Below are positions 57,829-64,000 of a stretch of 64,000 nucleotides of DNA, one piece after another; within the stretch, counting starts at the first letter, position 1, and every line of letters starts with the position of its first letter. The notes beneath the pieces are model-generated. The model was not told the origin of the DNA. It did no database searches and saw nothing but the letters and a program-made list of their open reading frames with translations. The translations under genes were made by a program, and so were the position numbers. Source of the DNA: Candidatus Binatia bacterium (GTDB lineage Bacteria > Desulfobacterota > Binatia > UBA12015); NCBI GenBank assembly GCA_029243485.1, contig JAQWRY010000011.1:77228-141227 (forward strand), read 5' to 3'.

Positions 57829-57941
57829 CGGGCGCCTTCCGTCACGTCGACGGACACACGCCGTCCGCCGCGCAAACGCCTACGGGCGCTCCCCCGCACG
57901 TGCGCGAGCCTCCGCCTGGCCTGACGCCCGCCGTTTGACAG

Positions 57942-58763
57942 ATGGGTGCCGGATACCGAAATGCATGGATGCCGGCCGCCCCAGAACGAACCTCGACTGA
58001 AGTCCGTGTCCAAGTCTCCAGCGGTGTAATGACCGTCACCTTGGCAGACGCGGAGAACCGCAACGCCCTGGGAGCCCGGCTCATCCAGGGCCTCTTCGAC
58101 GCAATCGCAGCCGCAAACGCCGACGACGACGTCCGGGCCGTCGTGATCACCAACGAGGGCTCCACGTTCTGCGCCGGCGCGAACCTGAAGGAGCGCCAGG
58201 GCCAGACCGACTACGATGACCGCGGAGCCAGCTTCGTCGACCTCCTGGAGGCCGTGCAGGCCTCCCCCACCCCGATAATCGGCCGGATCGCCGGCCACGT
58301 GGTGGGGGGCGGGAACGGGCTCGCGTCCTCGCTCGACATCTCGATCGCGTCCGAAGACGTGAAGTTCGGATTCACCGAAGTCCGGCTCGGCGTCGCGCCC
58401 GCCATCATCTCCGTCGTCTGTCTCCCCAAGATGCGCCGGGGCGAGGCCATGGAGGCCTTTCTGCGCGGGAATCGGTTTCCGTCCGCGAAGGCCGCGGAAC
58501 TCGGCCTCATCACGCGGGCCGTTCCCGCCGACAAGTTGGACGCCGCCGTCGACGAGGTCGTCACGGACATCAAGAAGGGCGGCCCGAACGCGCTCGGGTT
58601 TGCGAAACGGCTCGTCTACGACGTGCCCGAGATGGACCAGGCCGCCGCATTCAAATCGACGAGCCGTCTCTCGGCCAAGCTCTTCCGCGGCACAGAAGCC
58701 GCCGAAGGCGTGGCCGCCTTCCTCGGCAAGCGCAAACCGTCCTGGGCCGACGACGGCGACTGA
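57942..58763 (+). CDS. enoyl-CoA hydratase/isomerase (crotonase) family
   Basis: VTLADAENRNAL...FCAGANL...GHVVGGGNGLASSLDI...FTEVRLG. Confidence 0.8.
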   Translation: MGAGYRNAWMPAAPERTSTEVRVQVSSGVMTVTLADAENRNALGARLIQGLFDAIAAANADDDVRAVVITNEGSTFCAGANLKERQGQTDYDDRGASFVDLLEAVQASPTPIIGRIAGHVVGGGNGLASSLDISIASEDVKFGFTEVRLGVAPAIISVVCLPKMRRGEAMEAFLRGNRFPSAKAAELGLITRAVPADKLDAAVDEVVTDIKKGGPNALGFAKRLVYDVPEMDQAAAFKSTSRLSAKLFRGTEAAEGVAAFLGKRKPSWADDGD

Positions 58764-58805
58764 GCCCTCGCCCCACCCACCTCTTTACCCAGAAGGAATC
58801 AAGAC

Positions 58806-59600
58806 ATGCTGCAAGTCGGCCAGGACCTCCGCGACGAGGCGGAGGAGCTGAACACATTCCTCGAAACCCTCGACAAGCGAGATTGGACCCGCGCCACCCC
58901 GTTCAAGAACTGGACGCCGTGGGATGTCGTCGCCCATCTGCACTTCTTCGACGAGGTCTCGCTCCTCTCTCTGAACGACCCCGACGCGTTCGCAACCTGC
59001 CGTGACGATCTCGTTGCCAAAATGGCGAAGGGCATCACCCTTGCCGACGAAGCCAAGCGCGTTCTGGGCGGACTCGATGCCGAGACGCTCCGAACGAAGT
59101 GGATCGAGAGCTGCCGCGAAATGGCGGATGCGCTGGGCGCCTCGGAGCCGAAGCGGCGACTCCCCTGGTTCGGACCGGACATGGGCGTCCCGATGTTCAC
59201 GACCGCGCGCTACATGGAGACGTGGGCGCACGGCCAGGACATCTACGATCTCCTTCATCATCCCCGCGCGCAGACCGACCGCATCAAGCACATCGCGGTG
59301 ATCGGCATGAAGACCTTCGGCTGGACCTTCGTGAACCGCGGCGAAGAGATCCCCGGCCCGCCGCCGTACGTCCGGATCGATTCGCCCTCGGGTGGCGTGT
59401 GGGAATGGGGCGACCCCAGCGACGAAGAGTACGTCCGCGGAAGCGCCGTCGAATTCTGCCACGTCGTGACGCAGGGGCGTAATGTGGCCGACACGTCCCT
59501 TGCTGTGAAGGGCCCCGTCGCGACCTACTGGATGTCGATCGCGCAGTGCTTTGCCGGCGCGGCGGTCGACCCGCCGAAGCCCGGCGAACGCCTCGGCTGA
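58806..59600 (+). CDS. DinB/MDMPI-like (mycothiol-type maleylpyruvate isomerase N-terminal domain family, TIGR03083/03084-like) protein
   Basis: WTPWDVVAHLHFFDE..., ...TWAHGQDIYDLLHH. Metal-binding His pattern of the DinB_2/MDMPI_N fold. Confidence 0.55.
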   Translation: MLQVGQDLRDEAEELNTFLETLDKRDWTRATPFKNWTPWDVVAHLHFFDEVSLLSLNDPDAFATCRDDLVAKMAKGITLADEAKRVLGGLDAETLRTKWIESCREMADALGASEPKRRLPWFGPDMGVPMFTTARYMETWAHGQDIYDLLHHPRAQTDRIKHIAVIGMKTFGWTFVNRGEEIPGPPPYVRIDSPSGGVWEWGDPSDEEYVRGSAVEFCHVVTQGRNVADTSLAVKGPVATYWMSIAQCFAGAAVDPPKPGERLG

Positions 59601-59640
59601 TCCCCGTCCCCGGACCACACGGACATCGAACGGAGCCCCC

Positions 59641-60846
59641 ATGGATCTGGAATACGGAGAGCGGTACGAGGCGTTCCGGCGTCAGATTGTCGCCTTCTTG
59701 TGGCAGTACAGGTCGAAGCGTCCGCCCGGCCACATCTACGACATGCCCCGTGCGGAGCTGTCGGGGTGGTTGGAGCTTCTCATCGAGCACGGCTACTGGG
59801 CGCGAACGATCCCCAAAGAGTACGGCGGCTTCGGCGCCGCGCCGGACCTCCTCGAAACGGTGATCATGGACGAGGAGTTCAACCGGGCGGGCGTCGCGCG
59901 GGGCATGATGGCGCAGGGGCCGTCAATGCTCGTGCCAACGCTACTCGAGCACGGCAGCGAAGAGCAGAAGCGCACCTGGATCAAACCCACGATGCGGGCC
60001 GAATTCCTCTGGTGCCAGGGCTACTCCGAGCCGGGCGCCGGTAGTGATCTCGCGAGCCTTCAGACGCGGGCGACCGAAGACGGCGACGACTTCTTGATCA
60101 ACGGGCAGAAGATCTGGACGAGCAGCGCCGACAAGGCCGAGATGATGTTCATCCTGGTGCGCACCGAGCCGGACGCCCCCAAGCACGGCGGCATCAGCTA
60201 CGTCCTGCTGCCCATGGACACACCCGGGATCGACGTGCAGCCGCTGCGCACGATGTCGGGTGATCTCGGCGAAAACTCGTTCAACCAGGTGTTCTTCACC
60301 GATGTGCGCGTCCCACGCACCAACGTCGTCGGGCAACGAGGCAACGGCTGGGCGATCGCAAACGCGACGCTCGTGCACGAGCGCAACAGCCTGAACGCGA
60401 ACGCCGAGAGCACCCTCCTACGGCTCATTCGCCTGATGAAGAACGAAACCGTCAACGGCGTACCCGCAATCGCGAGCCCCGTGTTCCGGGATCGCCTGAT
60501 GCGGCTGCAAGGCCGCGTGCTGGCGATGAAGGCTCACTCGATGCGGGTCCTGACCAACAACCTGAAGGGCGAGCCTCCCGGACTCACCGGGTTCGTCGTG
60601 AAGCTCCAGAACTGCCAGCTCAACTTCGACGTCGCTTCGCTCGCAATTGACGTCATGGGCGAGCTTGGTGTGCTGTACGACCACTCGAAGTACGAACGGG
60701 AGCACGCCTTCTGGCAGACGCACTCCTTCCTGTCTCTCGGGTTCATCATCGGCGGCGGCACCGCCCAGATCCAGAAGAACATCATCGCCGAGCGCGGGCT
60801 CGGCCTACCTCGCGAGCCCAAGCCCGCGAAGACAGCGGGAGCCTAG
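59641..60846 (+). CDS. acyl-CoA dehydrogenase
   Basis: Internal ATG of ORF 59551..60846: ...WCQGYSEPGAGSDLASLQTRA...FLINGQKIWTSSA...QNCQLNFDVAS...GGGTAQIQKNIIAE. Confidence 0.85.
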   Translation: MDLEYGERYEAFRRQIVAFLWQYRSKRPPGHIYDMPRAELSGWLELLIEHGYWARTIPKEYGGFGAAPDLLETVIMDEEFNRAGVARGMMAQGPSMLVPTLLEHGSEEQKRTWIKPTMRAEFLWCQGYSEPGAGSDLASLQTRATEDGDDFLINGQKIWTSSADKAEMMFILVRTEPDAPKHGGISYVLLPMDTPGIDVQPLRTMSGDLGENSFNQVFFTDVRVPRTNVVGQRGNGWAIANATLVHERNSLNANAESTLLRLIRLMKNETVNGVPAIASPVFRDRLMRLQGRVLAMKAHSMRVLTNNLKGEPPGLTGFVVKLQNCQLNFDVASLAIDVMGELGVLYDHSKYEREHAFWQTHSFLSLGFIIGGGTAQIQKNIIAERGLGLPREPKPAKTAGA

Positions 60847-60848
60847 TC

Positions 60849-61937
60849 GTGGATTTTGGCCTCTCTGAAGATCAAAAGCTCCTCGAGAGGAGCCTTCGCG
60901 GATATCTCGGCGACCGGGTACCGATCACCCGCGTACGCGAGCTTCGCAGTCTCGATTGCCCGAACGAACGAACCATCTGGAAGGACCTGGCCGATCTGGG
61001 CGCCACCGGCATCCTCATCTCGGAAGCCCGGGGCGGGAGCGGTCTCGGACTCCTCGATGCGGCCCTCGTCGCGCAGTCTCTGGGCTACGCCGCGACGCCC
61101 GCCCCGTTTCTCTCGTCCGGAGTCATGGCACCGCATGCACTGGGCGCGCTCGACGCCGGGCCGGTCGACGGATGGCTGCGGGCCATGGCGACCGGAGATC
61201 TCGTCGTAGGCGTGGCGGTGACCGAGACGTTCTCGGTGCGCGAGGACGCGGGGATCGAGCTCGACGGTGACGTCCTGCGCGGGAAGGCGATGATCGCGCT
61301 CGACGCACACGGCGCGGATCTCACCCTCGTCGCGCTCGGTCGAGACCGGATCGCAGCCGTCCGCAGCGACGCGAGCGGACTCACTACGAGCCGGCTCCCG
61401 ACGACGGACCAGACCCGCTGCACCTCCGAGTTGATCTTCGACGGCGTCCGCCCCGAAGCCGTGTTCGATCACGCCGGCGAGGCGCTCTCGCGCATGATCG
61501 ACGCCGGACGCATCGCGCTCGCAGCGGACACCATCGGCGCGTGCGAGTCGATGATCGAACAGGCCGTTGCCTACGCGAAGCAACGCAAACAGTTCGGCCG
61601 CATCATCGGTTCGTTCCAGGCCGTGAAGCACATGTGCGCGGAGATGGTCGCGGACCTCGAGCCGGCGCGCTCACTGATGTGGCAGGCCGCGCACAGCTTC
61701 GACACGAAGCCCGATGACGCGCCGCTCATGGGATGCCACGTGCTCGCGCACGCTTCCGAGATCGGCCGAGAGATCGCGAGCATCTCCACGCAGGTCCATG
61801 GCGGTACAGGCTGGACCGACGAGCAGAACCTCCACTTCTGGTTCAAACGCATCGGAGTGGCGCGTCACCTCCTCGGCGGCCCGGAGTACCTCCGCGAACG
61901 AGCGGCCTCCCTGCAAGAACTGGACGTCAGCGCCTGA
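60849..61937 (+). CDS. acyl-CoA dehydrogenase-family protein (likely partner subunit of a heteromeric ACAD)
   Basis: GTG start 3 nt after the upstream stop. ACAD C-terminal helical domain (IGACESMIEQAVAYAKQRKQFGRIIGSFQAVKHMCAEM...QVHGGTGWTDE). Shorter N-terminal region. Confidence 0.75.
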   Translation: MDFGLSEDQKLLERSLRGYLGDRVPITRVRELRSLDCPNERTIWKDLADLGATGILISEARGGSGLGLLDAALVAQSLGYAATPAPFLSSGVMAPHALGALDAGPVDGWLRAMATGDLVVGVAVTETFSVREDAGIELDGDVLRGKAMIALDAHGADLTLVALGRDRIAAVRSDASGLTTSRLPTTDQTRCTSELIFDGVRPEAVFDHAGEALSRMIDAGRIALAADTIGACESMIEQAVAYAKQRKQFGRIIGSFQAVKHMCAEMVADLEPARSLMWQAAHSFDTKPDDAPLMGCHVLAHASEIGREIASISTQVHGGTGWTDEQNLHFWFKRIGVARHLLGGPEYLRERAASLQELDVSA

Positions 61938-62592
61938 ACCCGGACCCCCCGAAGGAGCGCCCGAGGGCGTCCGGGGGCTCGATCTCGGACTCCTGGTCCA
62001 AGCGCCCCAAGCCGCCCAACTCCTCGTCGATACGGCCGACGTCGTCGTCTCGAACTTCCTTCCCGGAACCCTGGAGCGTTGGAACCTCGGCTACGAGCGG
62101 CTCGCCGAGCGAAACCCACGCATCCTCGTCGGTTTGGGGAGCGCGTTTGGGCCCGTCGAGCGCGACACCGGTCGACGTGACGGTCGCCGACCACATCGGA
62201 TCGCAGAATCTGAGCAACGGCACTCTAGCCACCCTGTTCGCACGCGAGCGAACGGGTCGCGGGCAGAAGGTCGAGGTCTCCCTCGTCGGCGGCCAGATCT
62301 TCGCGCAGTGCTCCGACCTTCTCTGGGCCAGCGGCCGTCGATACGCCCTCGTGCGGAGCTACGACGAGATCACGCAGGACGAAGCGCTCTACGAGAACGA
62401 GTACCTCCAGCGCATCGAGCAGCCCGAATGGGGAGAGATCACCATGGTCGGCTGCCCGATCCGCATGAGCGACACCCCGAGCCGACCGGGGGCGATCGCA
62501 CGGAACGGGGCCAACACACCGAGGAGGTCCTCCTCGACCTCGGCTATTCGTGGGAGGAGATTGCCGCGCTCCGCGAGAGCGGCGTACTGTAG
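61938..62592 (+). pseudogene. decayed family-III CoA-transferase (CaiB/BaiF) gene with frameshifts and internal deletions
   Basis: Frame A: GVRGLDLG...VDTADVVVSNFLPGTLERWNLGYERLAERNPRILVGLGSAFGP and ...GQHTEEVLLDLGYSWEEIAALRESGVL. Frame B: ...TLATLFARERTGRGQKVEVSLVGGQIF...MVGCPIRMSDTPSRPG. ~215 codons in total against ~400 expected. Confidence 0.55.
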
Positions 62593-63490
62593 CCGCATGA
62601 CGACGATCGACTGGTACGGGTGCGCCACGTTCTGCCTGAAGACGGCGGGCATGAAGATCTTCCTCGACGCCTACATCGATCGAGCCGCGAACGCGCAGGG
62701 CACGGGCCTTCGAGCGGACGACGTGAAGGAGTGCGACTGGATCGTCGTCGGACACTCCCACTTCGACCACCTCTACGGCGCCGAGCGCATCGCGGCGAAC
62801 ACGGGAGCCAAGCTGATCGGCAGCTACGAGACGATCCGCGTGATGGAGCAGGCGGGCGTTTCCGTCGGACAGATGATCTGCGTGGCCGGCGGGGAGACGA
62901 TCAATCTCGGGAACGACGTGACGGTGACGGCGTACCCGAGCCAGCACTCGTGCGTCTGGTCGCACACGCAGATGGCTCCTCCGGGAGAGGTCTGTATCGG
63001 CGACCTCGGTCTCACCTGGCAGGAACAACGCGCCCGCTTCGAGGAACTCATCGGGTACTTCGCCAACGACCTCGAGAAGGTTGCGATCGAGCACCTCATG
63101 GCGAGCAGCCAGGGCGATCGCGGCGACGGCGGCGCGCTCGTCTACCTGTTCGACACGCCCGACGGGCGGCTCCTGTACCAGGACACGTCCGGTCACTGGA
63201 GCGGAATCCTGAACACGCTGCGACCGGACGTCGCGATCCTCGCGGCCGCCGGACGCGGGAATGTGGACGGGGAACCCATCCAAGGCTCACTCGCCCAGTT
63301 CGTTGCACGCCAGGCCGATCTCCTACGACCGCGCCGGGTGATCCTCTGCCATCACGACGACTGGCTGCCCGGGTTTTCCATCGACACGGACGTCGCTCCG
63401 ATCCGCGAGGAACTCGCCCTCGTCGCCCCGGGCACCGAACTGGTGACGCTCTCGTACCTGGACGGGACCGAGATCCTCCCGATCCGCTGA
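62587..63490 (+). CDS. MBL-fold metallo-hydrolase
   Basis: Internal ATG of ORF 61733..63490: MTTIDWYGCATFCL..., VVGHSHFDH (H-x-H-x-D-H), downstream H/D/H pattern. Confidence 0.75.
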
Positions 63491-63493
63491 CGC

Positions 63494-63898
63494 GCGCCGG
63501 CCCTATTTCGGTCGATCGTCGCGGATCCCGTTGTCCACCACGAGGGCGCGTCCGTCGGTCACCGCGCGCACCGAATGCGGCGCGTTCGACGGAACGATCG
63601 CGACACCGCCCGGCCCTGCGGTCTGAGTCTCGCCGGCGACGGCCACTTCGAGTTCGCCCTCGATGATCCTTTAGACTTCTTCGTTAGGATGGTGGTGCTC
63701 ATGGGCCCTCGTGCCGGCTTTGAAGTCCCAACGCGCGAAGGTCATGTTCTCGGACACCCAGGTCCTGCCGAACCAGCCCGGAAAACGCCCCAAGGGTCCG
63801 ATGTCGTTCATGTTGAGAAAGGGCATGGTGTCTCCTCGTAGCCAGCCCCGGATGTAGGCCGATCCGCACCTCCACTTTCGCGAATTCGGCTTCGTCAC
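63494..63898 (-). pseudogene. cupin-domain protein interrupted by an in-frame TAA
   Basis: ORF 63671..63898 ends ...RAHEHHHPNEEV*. The same frame continues RIIEGELEVAVAGETQTAGPGGVAIVPSNAPHSVRAVTDG...*. Cupin motif 1 (H-x-H-x3-E) and motif 2 (P-x-x-x-H) lie on opposite sides of the stop. Confidence 0.45.
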
Positions 63899-64000
63899 GT
63901 CGCTGACTGCGAGTCAGCTCTTCGGCATCCTCGCCCTCTCGCAGACGAACGGAGTGCTGGTGACCTTGGCTCGGGAAAACCTCGGAGTCCCGATTCGAAT

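Noticed and set aside
61733-63490. 585-aa ORF
   Set aside because: An artefactual fusion. It reads through the out-of-frame end of the ACAD gene and the CoA-transferase debris into the MBL hydrolase. Only 62587..63490 is a coherent protein.

Overview
High-GC bacterial chromosomal segment, apparently from a diderm organism: many lipoproteins with lipoboxes, a NodT-type outer-membrane factor, and a TonB-dependent-receptor remnant. It is dense in hydrolases, acyl-CoA/lipid metabolism genes and secreted or surface proteins. I found no rRNA, tRNA, CRISPR array, transposase or integrase.

About 55 plausibly intact CDS are supported:
- a PhoB/PhoR-like two-component pair;
- a small-molecule hydrolase island (NAT, CocE/NonD, PhyH, dienelactone hydrolase, APH-like kinase);
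- a giant protein made of Big_2 Ig-like repeats;
- TauD next to a DUF3604/PHP-like lipoprotein;
- a Tgt fused to an MnmC2(DUF752) domain;
- pdxH;
- ilvBN preceded by a Val-codon leader peptide and attenuator hairpin;
- an RND efflux operon in RND-MFP-OMF order;
- a Kv-type K+ channel with a C-terminal zinc ribbon, cotranscribed with an F420-type LLM oxidoreductase;
- an operon of three secreted proteins (1248-aa PHP-domain protein, HEAT-repeat protein, small protein);
- an acyl-CoA cluster (three crotonases, SDRs, two adjacent ACADs, MBL hydrolase).

The window also contains at least ten gene remnants or pseudogenes, which is unusually many. They include internally deleted alpha/beta-hydrolases, a TBDR C-terminus, a multiply frameshifted secreted-protein gene, a family-III CoA-transferase, a cupin with an in-frame TAA, and a methyltransferase fragment.

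All calls rest on reading translations by eye. No database searches were run.
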